Shown piece by piece: positions 1-10,022 of a DNA stretch of 64,000 bases. The DNA lies in assembly GCA_050258935.1 (NCBI GenBank), contig JBLMZS010000013.1, positions 141,190 through 205,189 on the forward strand, read 5' to 3'. This DNA is from Bacteroidota bacterium (GTDB taxonomy: Bacteria > Bacteroidota > Ignavibacteria > Ignavibacteriales > SURF-24). The notes below the pieces were generated by a model. That model saw only the letters and a program-made list of their open reading frames with translations, made no database searches and was not told the DNA's origin. Both the position numbers and the translations under genes were made by a program. Within the stretch, counting starts at the first letter, position 1, and the number at the start of each line of letters is the position of its first letter.

Positions 1-2
1 GG

Positions 3-131
3 GGCAACAAAGATGAATACTGGCAGAAATATGACAGTCTGGCGGCTCGTTTTATAGAAAATTTCAGGCTGTATTCAAAGGACTGTCCCGATGATGTGCT
101 GGCAGCAGCTCCGGTAAGGATGCGCATTTGA
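3..131 (+). CDS. pckA: 3' end of an upstream gene (start lies outside the window). The C-terminus resembles ATP-dependent phosphoenolpyruvate carboxykinase.
   Basis: Frame 3 reads GNKDEYWQKYDSLAARFIENFRLYSKDCPDDVLAAAPVRMRI*, with the stop at 129-131. The Y..A..LA..F..NF......V.AA.P tail is how ATP-PEPCKs end. This is recognised from memory only. Confidence 0.5.
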   Translation, partial: GNKDEYWQKYDSLAARFIENFRLYSKDCPDDVLAAAPVRMRI

Positions 132-244
132 TAGAAAAATACATACAGTCTTCCAAAATTGAGATATTATTTCTATAGTTGTTGAAGAAAAGCAATTATA
201 TAAATATCTTTGTGACGTAAATTTTTATTTTCTAAGAGGAAGAC

Positions 245-2575
245 TTGATATCTGACCGAATAAACAGGGTAGGAATATCCCCTACCATGAAAATTGCCGC
301 GAAGGCGCTGGCAATGAAAGCTGAAGGAGTGGATATAATCGACTTCAGCGTTGGCGAGCCTGATCTGCCTACTCCCCCTAATATTAAGCAGGCAGCAATC
401 GAGGCAATAAACAACGACCTTACTAAATATACCGCCAACAGCGGCATGCCCTCCCTCAAAAAAGCAATTATAGAAAAACTGAAGACCGAAAATCACCTGG
501 AATATTTACCCGACGAAGTAATCGTATCGAACGGAGGCAAACAGGCCATATTCAATGTCATAATGGCGCTGATCGAAGAAGACGATGAAGTAATCATTCC
601 GGCACCCTACTACGTTTCATATCCGGAAATGATAAAGATTGCCGGCGGAAAGGAAGTGATAGTACAGACGAGGGAAAAAAACGGCTTCAGGCTTACACCG
701 GAACAGCTGGCCTCGGCGATTACTCCCAAAACAAAAGCCGTCATACTCAACAGTCCTTCTAATCCTACAGGCACCACATATACACGCCAGGAACTCGAAT
801 CTCTCGCACATATCATTGAGAACGAAGACATATTTGTTATCTCTGACGACATCTACGAGAAACTCATCTATGATGGAATTCCCTTTACCAGCATAGCTGA
901 AATAAGCGAAAAAATGAAGCATAAAACCATTGTGGTCAATGGCGTTTCGAAATCATATGCCATGACGGGATGGAGACTCGGTTATGCAGCCGGACCGCGC
1001 GAAATCATTGAGAGTGCAGCAAAGATACAGAGCCATAACACATCCAATGCTTCGACTATATCACAGTATGCAGCACTCGAAGCACTGACCGGCAACCAGG
1101 ACTTCCCTGCCATGATGCGCGACGAGTACCGCAAGCGGCGCGATCTCACTGTCGATAAACTCTCAGCCATAGAAGGCATCAGATGCTGCCGACCTTCAGG
1201 TGCTTTTTATGTGTTTGCCAATATTTCTTCGTTCTTCGGGAAGGAATTTCAGGGTACATTTATAAGAAACTCGTACGGTCTTGCACACTATCTGCTCGCT
1301 GAAGCTAAGGTAGCAGTTGTGCCGGGAGAGGCATTTGGAAACGACGACTACATCAGAATATCATACTCAACTTCTGAAACCAATATAATCAATGGAATCG
1401 AAAGGATCTCCGAAGCGCTGAAAAAGCTTCAGACGCCTCAGCACGTGAAAATATTCCAGATTTCCAATACTGCAACACGCATCCGGCGCCAGGTGGAACT
1501 CGAATCATCTATCGATAAGGAACAGCGCGATGCGCTCGTCGCCGAAGCAGAAGCATATCTGAAGAGCAGAAACCGATTCGAATGGGATGCTCTTATAAAC
1601 GGCGTGGTAGTAAGACTTAAAACCAATATTCCCCACCTGTATGATTTCTGGGTGGAGAACTGGTCGCCTGCACAACTGGGTAAAAATGAAAAACCCGGCG
1701 GTGTCATTTATGCCATTGACGGTGTGGTGGGCCGCGATGCCCTGGCATTCTACAACTCGCAAACCAAAACCGGACTGCTCTTCAATACCGATTTCTACGG
1801 TTCCTTAAGGAGTCTGGCCTTCGGACTGGTTACCGACTTCGGTGAAAAAGAAGGCGACTTCCACGCCATCAGAGGCATGTCCGCAATCTGCAGGGGGCGC
1901 GGATTCATAATGATTGGTCCCAAGGGCACAAAGAAAACTGAAATCTTCTACGGGCTTATCAACGATATCAGCGTAACAATGCATTCCAGTGATATCGTGT
2001 TTGTAAAATACGGAAAGACTCCGAAAGCGCTAAATCCGGAACGCAAACTGTATATCCCTACAAATGTCACGGCTGTAATTCCCAAATTCAACGAGCTGTT
2101 CGACTTAAGCAAGTGCGAGAATGTTGCTGTGCGCAGCACCGACTGCGAAGTGAAGGGATGCGTCAATAAGGATGACTGTCAGATGGATAAAGGTTTTCCA
2201 TATTGCTTCAAAGCGACTCAGGATTCCTATGCAATGCTAGATCCTTACTGGATAGGCGGCATGCACAGGCATGTAAAGAAAATGGACCTGAAAACAGTAT
2301 TCATACTGCAGAGCGAACATGATCAGCCGCTGATGAGAAAACTGGAGGCACAGGAAGCAATAGATATACTTGAAGCCGGTTTCCCTGCTGAAACAATATC
2401 TGCTCAGCCGACTCCGTTCTATAATAATCACCTGCTGTTCAATACACCGGAAAGATTTGAACTGCAGAAAAAATACTACAATCAGCTGTTTTCGAAAGCA
2501 GCAGCATATGCAGTAAACATTATGGATGCAAATGTTGATGAAGTGCGTAAGCAGATAGTCGAGTGCCTTAAATAA
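245..2575 (+). CDS. Class-I aspartate/aromatic aminotransferase fused to a C-terminal ~375-aa PEPCK/HprK-like P-loop domain
   Basis: TTG start at 245 follows an AGAGGAAG RBS. Residues 1-396 form a complete aminotransferase (GEPDLPTP, NSPSNPTG, PLP-Lys context NGVSKSYAMTGWRLGY). Residues ~400-776 form an extra domain with a degenerate Walker-A IGPKGTKKTE (nt 1916-1939) and a five-Cys patch. There is no stop or frameshift between the two halves. Confidence 0.85.
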   Translation: MISDRINRVGISPTMKIAAKALAMKAEGVDIIDFSVGEPDLPTPPNIKQAAIEAINNDLTKYTANSGMPSLKKAIIEKLKTENHLEYLPDEVIVSNGGKQAIFNVIMALIEEDDEVIIPAPYYVSYPEMIKIAGGKEVIVQTREKNGFRLTPEQLASAITPKTKAVILNSPSNPTGTTYTRQELESLAHIIENEDIFVISDDIYEKLIYDGIPFTSIAEISEKMKHKTIVVNGVSKSYAMTGWRLGYAAGPREIIESAAKIQSHNTSNASTISQYAALEALTGNQDFPAMMRDEYRKRRDLTVDKLSAIEGIRCCRPSGAFYVFANISSFFGKEFQGTFIRNSYGLAHYLLAEAKVAVVPGEAFGNDDYIRISYSTSETNIINGIERISEALKKLQTPQHVKIFQISNTATRIRRQVELESSIDKEQRDALVAEAEAYLKSRNRFEWDALINGVVVRLKTNIPHLYDFWVENWSPAQLGKNEKPGGVIYAIDGVVGRDALAFYNSQTKTGLLFNTDFYGSLRSLAFGLVTDFGEKEGDFHAIRGMSAICRGRGFIMIGPKGTKKTEIFYGLINDISVTMHSSDIVFVKYGKTPKALNPERKLYIPTNVTAVIPKFNELFDLSKCENVAVRSTDCEVKGCVNKDDCQMDKGFPYCFKATQDSYAMLDPYWIGGMHRHVKKMDLKTVFILQSEHDQPLMRKLEAQEAIDILEAGFPAETISAQPTPFYNNHLLFNTPERFELQKKYYNQLFSKAAAYAVNIMDANVDEVRKQIVECLK

Positions 2576-2630
2576 ATAACGGCTTAGCTCAAACTTATTT
2601 TGCCGGACAGCTTCCGGAATGTTAATCCTT

Positions 2631-2668
2631 CCCGGTCTGTGTCTATAGCAGACCGGGATTTTTATTTT
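2631..2668 (+). terminator. Rho-independent terminator of the aminotransferase fusion gene
   Basis: 9-bp GC-rich stem CCCGGTCTG / CAGACCGGG with a 9-nt loop, followed by ATTTTTATTTT. Confidence 0.7.
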
Positions 2669-2868
2669 ATATCCCGCAACTTGTTTCTGTTGTCCAACCG
2701 TCCTTACGCAGCTAAATGCTGATTGGGTACCGCCGCTATTGCGCATATCATATTTTCATCTCTTTTGCTTAAAGTCAGCTCTCATAAATAACTTATATTA
2801 AGAATCATACTTATGAACATAGGTGGGTTTCAATTCAGAATTCAGAATTTGCTCTGCTCCATTAGCCG

Positions 2869-4683
2869 CTATCTACGAAATACACTCCTGACAACTTCAT
2901 CGCTGTAGTTCGAATACTGTTTCTGACTGTCGAATGCTCTTATTCGGTAGCGAGTCATTTCACGCTGACTGCCTGGAACAAAACTGTACTGTTTGTCTGT
3001 AAAGTAATTATTTTTTGTCGTGCCGATTACCCGCCAGCCACCTTTTGCCATGCGTGAAATCTCATAGAGAATAATATCCGGTTCCAGGTTCGCTTCCCAT
3101 ATAAGTTCCACGCTGCTGTCAGCAGGATTCTTTTCAGCTCTCAGATTCTGAGGGCGGGCAGGAGGCAGTGCGGCAGCAGATGAGGCAGTGGAGAAAATTC
3201 TGACAGTTATCTGAGTTCCGGTCTGTGAGGTCAGTGCAATAGAGATATTCGTCGGTCCGTTCTTCTTTGACGTACCGGGATTGCTCCAGGGTGTAATGTA
3301 ACGGTTATAGTCAATATTAAATGCGTCGGTTTCGTCCCCCATCACCTCGCGTGTCAGCTCCCATTTGCCTGTAGTTTCGTTATAATCATGCCATCTGTGC
3401 CAGTTGCGTCCCTCGTAATTAAGTATATCGGGCTCTCTGTCGCCCAGTCCGGAGTCCATATTCCGGTCCGTCTGCTGTCTTCTGATCAATGCCAGTTTTT
3501 TAGGCCACCCTTCAGGCATATCCATCCAGCCGTCAAATTGCCACTTCCACAGACCGTCAGCCTGCAGTGATTTGATCCTGGGCGGAAAATTTCTGCCGCC
3601 CTGTATATACCAGACATAAATCCCCCTGCCTTCTTTTGAATCCGGATCAAGTGCTCCCTGAACGCCTCCGCCCCTGATTATCTGGTCATACGGACTTATC
3701 CTCTGGTGGTTCTCAATGATCAGATATTCATCGGAAGATGCTGAACTAAACGGAATATTTATTCTGACAGCATCACCTTCAGTAACATAATCCTTCAGTG
3801 TCCTGGTAAATCCATTTTTATCTGCTACCGGAATGGAGATGTATCCCAGCTTTTCCCGTTCCCAAGCGCTCATAGCTTTTGTATCGCCGTAATAGTCGTA
3901 TGGATCTCCTGCCATGAGTCCGCCAAGACGTATATGGCCGCCCCCGAACAGATAATGTCCGTATTCATGAGCAATATGGATAGCCATATCAAAGCCTGAC
4001 TTTTGTATCCCGCGGTTATTTGATGTAATGCCGGAACCATGTACATTCAGCGCGTATCCGGATATTCTGATGCCGTCGTGAGTAATGAATTCAGATGACA
4101 ATCCCAGCTCCGCAATACCTCCGGCAAGGCCGAATGATCCCGGACCATTGCGGTAGATAATTATCATCATGTCAAAATAACCATCGCCTTTTCCCTCAGA
4201 GAACACGTGTCTCTTTCCGTCGAATGACCAGTTATCATACCGTTTAAAATCGATGCGTTTTTTATTCAGCGACTCCATCACCAGTTGATTAGCACTTCGG
4301 TAATGCATATCGCCCTCAAGTGTAATGACCTCAGGATAGATATCACCAATAAAATCAAATCGTCCAACGGACATTTTTCGGAAATAGTCAGATATGGTAA
4401 GGCTTCTGTAGCTGGAGGACACTTTGTCGTCGATCAGTTTACCGGCCCAGTCGGGCAGTGAACCTTTCTTCCAGTTGGATATGGACGACTGATCGTCCTT
4501 GAACTGAGCGAATACAATGAGTGCGCGCATATATTCACCCGGTGCGGTCTGAGATGGTTTGTATAGACCGCCTTTCTGCGCCTCAGAGTGCGCAGGTTCA
4601 GCAGAGTGCAGATAATGGATGGTTCTGAATGGCGGAGATAGCAGTGCAAGGTATATACAAAGACAAATCGCCCGAAGTCTCAT
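2869..4683 (-). CDS. Secreted zinc metalloprotease, M6/immune-inhibitor-A-like, with a C-terminal FN3-like module
   Basis: Has a signal peptide and an HExxH site (IAHEYGHYLFGGGH). Has the N-terminal RALIVFAQFKDD block typical of M6-type proteases. The C-terminal PPARPQNLRAEKNPADSSVELIWEANLEPDIILYEISR looks like FN3. Confidence 0.55.
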   Translation of the reverse strand: MRLRAICLCIYLALLSPPFRTIHYLHSAEPAHSEAQKGGLYKPSQTAPGEYMRALIVFAQFKDDQSSISNWKKGSLPDWAGKLIDDKVSSSYRSLTISDYFRKMSVGRFDFIGDIYPEVITLEGDMHYRSANQLVMESLNKKRIDFKRYDNWSFDGKRHVFSEGKGDGYFDMMIIIYRNGPGSFGLAGGIAELGLSSEFITHDGIRISGYALNVHGSGITSNNRGIQKSGFDMAIHIAHEYGHYLFGGGHIRLGGLMAGDPYDYYGDTKAMSAWEREKLGYISIPVADKNGFTRTLKDYVTEGDAVRINIPFSSASSDEYLIIENHQRISPYDQIIRGGGVQGALDPDSKEGRGIYVWYIQGGRNFPPRIKSLQADGLWKWQFDGWMDMPEGWPKKLALIRRQQTDRNMDSGLGDREPDILNYEGRNWHRWHDYNETTGKWELTREVMGDETDAFNIDYNRYITPWSNPGTSKKNGPTNISIALTSQTGTQITVRIFSTASSAAALPPARPQNLRAEKNPADSSVELIWEANLEPDIILYEISRMAKGGWRVIGTTKNNYFTDKQYSFVPGSQREMTRYRIRAFDSQKQYSNYSDEVVRSVFRR

Positions 4684-4883
4684 TGTTCATCCTTTCATAG
4701 CAAAGTTTATTCATATTTGTCCATACCAGGTTTCACACACACCCGGGCACTACAAAGTAACCTTACACAAAAAGATATTCACAAGAATTGGAACCGCGGC
4801 TCCCTATTCACATTCAATTGCTTAAGGTCAGTAATTAAATATAAAGCAAAAGATGCATGTCAGACAAATCAGAAATTTTTCCG

Positions 4884-6707
4884 CTACAGGTTTTCTTTCT
4901 TCTTGTTTTTCCACTGCTTTATCCAGTTATAGCACGGAGTTGTATACGGTACAGCAGACAATGCACCGCCAAAACCTATATACCGGTATGTAAACATCTG
5001 AATATCGGTGGTCCTGACGTTTTTCAGCTCCGCATCGTCTATTTTCAGGTTGTATTTTTGGGCGAGTTCTGCTGTAAAGCCGTTATATTCTTTTTCCATT
5101 TTGCCGTTGATAAGTTTTGCTCTTATAGTCTCCTTTTCGTCCTCAAAATCACCACCAATTGATGAAAGAGTATCCTTCTTCGCGACGAGTTTAATTACGG
5201 CATATCCGTGCTCAGCCCTCATTGGACCGTAAATTTCTCCAGGTTTCATTTTTGCGGCAATATTCCCCACTTCTCCCAGTAAGGATACCGGAACCAGTCT
5301 GCCGGTATTTTCTGCCGGGTACCTGTTGTATTTTTTCTCCAGCTCCTCAAAACTGACCCCCTTATCCGTCTCTGAAAATATCTTTTCTACGACTTCAAGA
5401 CTGTCAGTTACAATCTGCATAACATGCACCTGCATTTCTGACACCGGAGAGGTTTTGATGTGAGTATAATACTCTCTGAGTTCTTCATCGCTAACAGATA
5501 CACCATGTGTTCTCTGGTTTCTGAGCAGCTGGGCCAGATAGCTGTCCTGCCATTGTTTCAGGTCTTTCCTGACTGCCGGCAGCTTATCCAGTCCTAATCT
5601 GTAGCCTTCACGTGCAAGTATATCATCCTCAATAAATCTGTCGGCTTTGTACTTCAGTGATGCAAATACCCTGCCTCTGTCTGCAACAGAAAATCCGTTC
5701 AGTATCAGGTAAGACAAAAATTCCCTGAATGTCAGTGGTTCAGGCTGCAGGTATGCAATAGGCATACTGAGTGTATCGGCCGAAATTGTTTTCTTTATGT
5801 CGAGTATATCATTTTCACTCAGATACAGATTTTTTTCTCCGCCCGCAGATTCCTTTGCCGAAAGATTTCTCAGTATCTTCTCTCCCAGGAGCTTGAACAG
5901 TTCCCTGTTGATCCTGACATTCTTACCTTCAAAGAGTTTGTCGAGGTATTTGATGCCGATTGCCTTAGCCCTTCTTTCCTTCAGGCGCATCTTTGCTTCG
6001 AGAGAACTCTTATGTGCCTCCTCCTTTCCAAAATTTGTTTTCGTCTTCTCCAGCATGTAGAAAACGAACCAGCCGTCTTTTGTCCCGACCGGCTGTGAAT
6101 ATGTACCCGGTTTCAGAGAAAAAATTATATTCTCCACTTTCTCATCGTCCATCTGTCCGTACCTGATGATATACATCGGAGCCTTACCGCTGCTGCTGTC
6201 TATGGTGATCAGAGAATCGATTTTCACTCCCCTGCGCAGATCAGACCACGCATTGCTGATTTTTGCCGAATCCCTGCTGCTCAGTATATACACTTTCAGC
6301 ACCCACTGGCTGCGCTGCTGTGCATTCCGGATATCATCTTTTGAAATGGATACCTTACTGCCGACCTCGCGGTCAAACAGCGCGTCTCTTATAAGCATTT
6401 TTTCCAGCGGTTTATAGTAAGACGTAAAACTCTCGTGACTGTCAAGTCCCATATTGCGCGCTTCCATTGCCCACAGTTTCTCGGATATCATGGACAACAG
6501 GAATTCTTTTTTCAGAGAATCCGGTCTGCCGGTAGTACCGGGGTGGGGTGAGAGTTCATAGCGGTTGACATATTCATCAGAGCTTATCGTTTCTTTTCCA
6601 AAATGTGCAAGGGCTTTTGATTTTTCCTGCGCTTCAGTTGACTGAGCCGTCATGGAAAGAATAAACAACACCGGGATGAATAAAGCTGAAAGATATTTTA
6701 TTTTCAT
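4884..6707 (-). CDS. Periplasmic SurA/PpiD-like chaperone with a parvulin-type peptidyl-prolyl isomerase segment
   Basis: Signal peptide (…LSMTAQS), then a long helical chaperone-like region, then a parvulin-like stretch LLGEVGNIAAKMKPGEIYGPMRAEHGYAVIKLV. Confidence 0.55.
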   Translation of the reverse strand: MKIKYLSALFIPVLFILSMTAQSTEAQEKSKALAHFGKETISSDEYVNRYELSPHPGTTGRPDSLKKEFLLSMISEKLWAMEARNMGLDSHESFTSYYKPLEKMLIRDALFDREVGSKVSISKDDIRNAQQRSQWVLKVYILSSRDSAKISNAWSDLRRGVKIDSLITIDSSSGKAPMYIIRYGQMDDEKVENIIFSLKPGTYSQPVGTKDGWFVFYMLEKTKTNFGKEEAHKSSLEAKMRLKERRAKAIGIKYLDKLFEGKNVRINRELFKLLGEKILRNLSAKESAGGEKNLYLSENDILDIKKTISADTLSMPIAYLQPEPLTFREFLSYLILNGFSVADRGRVFASLKYKADRFIEDDILAREGYRLGLDKLPAVRKDLKQWQDSYLAQLLRNQRTHGVSVSDEELREYYTHIKTSPVSEMQVHVMQIVTDSLEVVEKIFSETDKGVSFEELEKKYNRYPAENTGRLVPVSLLGEVGNIAAKMKPGEIYGPMRAEHGYAVIKLVAKKDTLSSIGGDFEDEKETIRAKLINGKMEKEYNGFTAELAQKYNLKIDDAELKNVRTTDIQMFTYRYIGFGGALSAVPYTTPCYNWIKQWKNKKKENL

Positions 6708-6725
6708 TTTTCTATAGTCTGGTTA

Positions 6726-6788
6726 ACAAAAAAGATTGCCGAAATTTATACAATAATATGTTCATATTAAATAATAAATTTCGGCAAT
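6726..6788 (-). terminator. Terminator closing the GH3-GH16 transcription unit
   Basis: 13-bp perfect stem ATTGCCGAAATTT / AAATTTCGGCAAT at 6735-6747 and 6776-6788. On the minus strand it is followed by CTTTTTTGTT. Confidence 0.6.
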
Positions 6789-6807
6789 TATTGAGGCAAT
6801 GCATTGA

Positions 6808-7635
6808 CTACTGTTTAGTATATACTCTCACATAATCCACAACCATCGACTGAGGGAAGAAGGTACTTTCTGAAGGGTTTCCCGGCCAGTTGCCTCCGAC
6901 AGCCACATTCAGCAGCAGGTGGAAGCGTTTGTCAAATGGTTTGGTGTGTATCTCGCGGTGATACACATTTCCATCCACGAACCATCTCATACCGACCTCA
7001 TCCCATTCAATCTGGAACACGTGAAATTCGTCCGCAAAGTTTCCCTTGGACAGTGCATATGTACCGCCGCCCTGCTGGTGATCCTGCGGAGAGCTTCCAA
7101 AGTGAATTGTACCATACACTTTATTGGTTTCGTGTCCCAGCAGTTCCATAATATCTATCTCGCCGCTGGCCGGCCATCCACCGTACTCCCAGTCACTGGG
7201 CAGCATCCATATTGCAGGCCACAGTCCTTTACCCTTAGGAAGCTTTGCTCTGATTTCAAAGCGGCCGTACTTCCAGTCACCCTTGAACCTTGTATTTATA
7301 CGGGCTGACGTATATTCCTTACCCTGATATTTTTCCCTGATGGCCTTTAGAATCAGGAATCCGTCCTGCAGATAAGAATTCGCTGCGGCATCTGTATAAT
7401 ACTGGAGTTCGTTATTGCCGCCGCCGTTACCGTTTACTTCGTGGGTCCATTTAGAAGTATCTATTGCAGTTCCTTTGAATTCATCGTTCCATACGAGTTT
7501 CCAGCCTGGGATATCCGGAATAGAGTCTGAAGTATCAGCAGGTACAGGTGGATCCACCGCCTTGTCCTCGCTTTTGCACGCGACGATCTGAGACAGAAAG
7601 ACGATATACAATATAAACGGGAATAATATTTTCAT
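6808..7635 (-). CDS. GH16 endo-beta-1,3(4)-glucanase (laminarinase-like) lipoprotein
   Basis: Lipobox …LSQIVAC. GH16 catalytic ExDxxE motif GEIDIMELLG. WPAIWMLP and a laminarinase-like sequence throughout. Confidence 0.9.
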   Translation of the reverse strand: MKILFPFILYIVFLSQIVACKSEDKAVDPPVPADTSDSIPDIPGWKLVWNDEFKGTAIDTSKWTHEVNGNGGGNNELQYYTDAAANSYLQDGFLILKAIREKYQGKEYTSARINTRFKGDWKYGRFEIRAKLPKGKGLWPAIWMLPSDWEYGGWPASGEIDIMELLGHETNKVYGTIHFGSSPQDHQQGGGTYALSKGNFADEFHVFQIEWDEVGMRWFVDGNVYHREIHTKPFDKRFHLLLNVAVGGNWPGNPSESTFFPQSMVVDYVRVYTKQ

Positions 7636-7647
7636 TTTGATATCCTG

Positions 7648-9912
7648 TTAGTTTTTGACTAGTTCGAATTCACCGGATTGCAGGTTCTGAGAATCAGTTC
7701 CGACAAAGACCCTGAATTTGCCCGGTTCGGAAACATATTCCATTTTGTCATTATAGAATCTTAGTTTCTTTTCATCAATTTCAAATTCGACACTAACCGA
7801 CTTGTTCTTCGGGATAAACACTTTTTTGAAATCTTTCAGTTCCTTTACAGGCCGTGTTACCGATGCAAATTCATCCTGCAGATACAGCTGAACTACTTCT
7901 TCTCCGTCGTACTCACTGTTGTTTTTCACTTCGACGGATATTTTAATCATAGAATTATTATCGAGTCTGCTGCTGCTCATATTCATTTTGCCGTAGCTGA
8001 AAGATGAATAACTCAGGCCGTATCCGAACGGATACAGCGGTGTAAGCGGCAGATCCAGATATTTAGAACTGTATGAGTTATTTACGTTGCCAGGTCTGCC
8101 GGTATTCTTGTGGTTATAATAGCACGGCACCTGTCCTACTGTCCTGGGGAATGTAACCGTCAGTTTGCCGGATGGATTGGTTTTTCCAAACAGAACATTT
8201 GCTATTGCGTCACCAGTTCTTATTCCCAGGAACCATGATTCAACTATGGCTGGTATATTTTCACTGATCCAGTTTATGGCAAGCGGCCTGCCGTTCATCA
8301 GAACAGTGACAATTGGCTTGCCTGTTCCGGCAATAGCTTTTGCCAGTTCATTCTGGACTCCGGGCAGTTCGAGAGAAGAGCGGCTGCGTGCCTCACCACT
8401 CATGCCCGCCTCCTCACCGACCACCAGTATTACGACATCAGCCATCTTTGCAGTGTTTACTGCTTCATCAAAACCTTTAACAGACGGATCTGTTATTGTA
8501 CAGCCTTTGCTGTAGAGAATTTCAGTACCCTTAGGAGCAGCATTCCTGATACCGGCAAGAACAGTTGTAACATTTTCCGCTTCACCTCTTTGTGCCCATG
8601 CGCCCAGCGGATTTGCAGAGTCATCAGCCAATGGTCCGATAAGAGCAATTTTGCGGGCATTGGATTTCAGAGGAAGCAGGTCTTTTTCGTTCTTCAGCAG
8701 CACTATTGATTTCTCTGCCACCTGGAGTGCAGCGTCTCTGATTTCGCGGCTGAGAACAGTTTTCTTTTCGTAACTGATGTTGCTGTATTTGTATGGATCA
8801 TCAAACAGTCCGAGCACAAACTTCAATTTCAATACTCTCCTTACTGCTTCGTCGATAGTTGACACATCAACTTTTTTATCCTTTACCAGAGATGGAAGTG
8901 ATTGGACATATGCACGTGACTCCATATCCATATCGAGTCCTGCGGTAATGGACAATTGTGCAGCTTCTGAGTTATCTGATGCATACCCGTGATTTATCAT
9001 TTCACCGATTGAATTCCAGTCGCTGACCACCATTCCTTTAAATCCCCATTCTTTTCTCAGCAGATCCGTCATCAGGAATCTGCTTGCTGATGAAGGTATT
9101 CCGGCTATTTCATTGAATGAGCACATGAATGTAGCAGCACCGGCGTCAACGGCAGCCTTAAACGGCGGGAGGTAAACCTCGCGCAGTGTTCTTTCTGACA
9201 TATCTACTGTATTATAATCCCTGCCGCCTTCTGCGGCTCCGTATGCCGCGAAATGTTTTGCGCATGCAAGAACAGATGTGTTGTCGGACATATTTCCCTG
9301 GTAACCCTTCACGCGCGATGCCGCGATCAGCGAGCCGAGATACTGGTCTTCGCCAGCACCTTCTACTATTCTGCCCCATCTGGGGTCGCGTGCAATATCC
9401 ACCATTGGCGAGAAAGTCCAGTGTATTCCGGCCGATGCAGCTTCAATTGCCTGCCAGCGTGCAGACATGCGGGTTATCGCCGTATCCCACGAGCACGCTT
9501 CAGCGAGTGGCACCGGGAAAGTTGCTTTATAGCCGTGAATTACATCGAGCCCGAAGAGCAGAGGTATTTTCAGGCGGCTCTCTTCCATTGCAGTTTTCTG
9601 CAGTTCTGTAGTCAGCTCGCTGCCCACTGCATTCAAGAAAGATCCGATCCTGCCTTCGCGCACAAGTTTTTTCTGATCGCTCAGTTTTTCATCCCTTACC
9701 AACGGTCCGAATCCAAGACCGCTGGAGAGCTGATTGAGCTGACCGATTTTTTCTTCGAGTGTCATCATTGAAATCAGTGAATCGATCTTATGGTCATATA
9801 CAGTGCTATTGATCAGCATTGGTGAAGAAACCTGCTGCTGCGGATACAAGTCAGTTTTGATTACAGATGCGAATAGTATCGCACCCAGAAATAGTATTTT
9901 TTTCATATTCAT
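7648..9912 (-). CDS. bglX: GH3 beta-glucosidase (BglX-like, three-domain)
   Basis: Has a signal peptide and KHFAAYGAAEGGRDYN. Nucleophile context is GFKGMVVSDWNSI. Has a C-terminal FnIII-like domain (VVQLYLQDEFASVTRPVKELKDF). Lies only 12 nt upstream of the GH16 gene. Confidence 0.9.
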   Translation of the reverse strand: MNMKKILFLGAILFASVIKTDLYPQQQVSSPMLINSTVYDHKIDSLISMMTLEEKIGQLNQLSSGLGFGPLVRDEKLSDQKKLVREGRIGSFLNAVGSELTTELQKTAMEESRLKIPLLFGLDVIHGYKATFPVPLAEACSWDTAITRMSARWQAIEAASAGIHWTFSPMVDIARDPRWGRIVEGAGEDQYLGSLIAASRVKGYQGNMSDNTSVLACAKHFAAYGAAEGGRDYNTVDMSERTLREVYLPPFKAAVDAGAATFMCSFNEIAGIPSSASRFLMTDLLRKEWGFKGMVVSDWNSIGEMINHGYASDNSEAAQLSITAGLDMDMESRAYVQSLPSLVKDKKVDVSTIDEAVRRVLKLKFVLGLFDDPYKYSNISYEKKTVLSREIRDAALQVAEKSIVLLKNEKDLLPLKSNARKIALIGPLADDSANPLGAWAQRGEAENVTTVLAGIRNAAPKGTEILYSKGCTITDPSVKGFDEAVNTAKMADVVILVVGEEAGMSGEARSRSSLELPGVQNELAKAIAGTGKPIVTVLMNGRPLAINWISENIPAIVESWFLGIRTGDAIANVLFGKTNPSGKLTVTFPRTVGQVPCYYNHKNTGRPGNVNNSYSSKYLDLPLTPLYPFGYGLSYSSFSYGKMNMSSSRLDNNSMIKISVEVKNNSEYDGEEVVQLYLQDEFASVTRPVKELKDFKKVFIPKNKSVSVEFEIDEKKLRFYNDKMEYVSEPGKFRVFVGTDSQNLQSGEFELVKN

Positions 9913-10022
9913 AATCGTATTAGTGTTGTAAAATATAAAAATGGACGAAACCCGCCCTCTGCCAGAGCAGATCCCGTCCGTGTGCGTAACATGAACGAGT
10001 AAGCTATGTTAAATTACAATAC

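Noticed and set aside
2237-2746. 169-codon minus-strand ORF spanning the 3' end of the aminotransferase fusion gene and its terminator
   Set aside because: It overlaps a well-supported gene and runs through a rho-independent terminator hairpin. The Cys/Arg/Phe-rich translation looks non-coding.
9913-10022. Possible terminator or sigma54 site (CTCTGGCAGAGGGCGGG) between the two GH3 genes
   Set aside because: The stem pairing is short and ambiguous. The GG-N10-GC rule is not met. Only a T-run (ATTTTTATATTTT on the minus strand) supports it, which is not enough to call.
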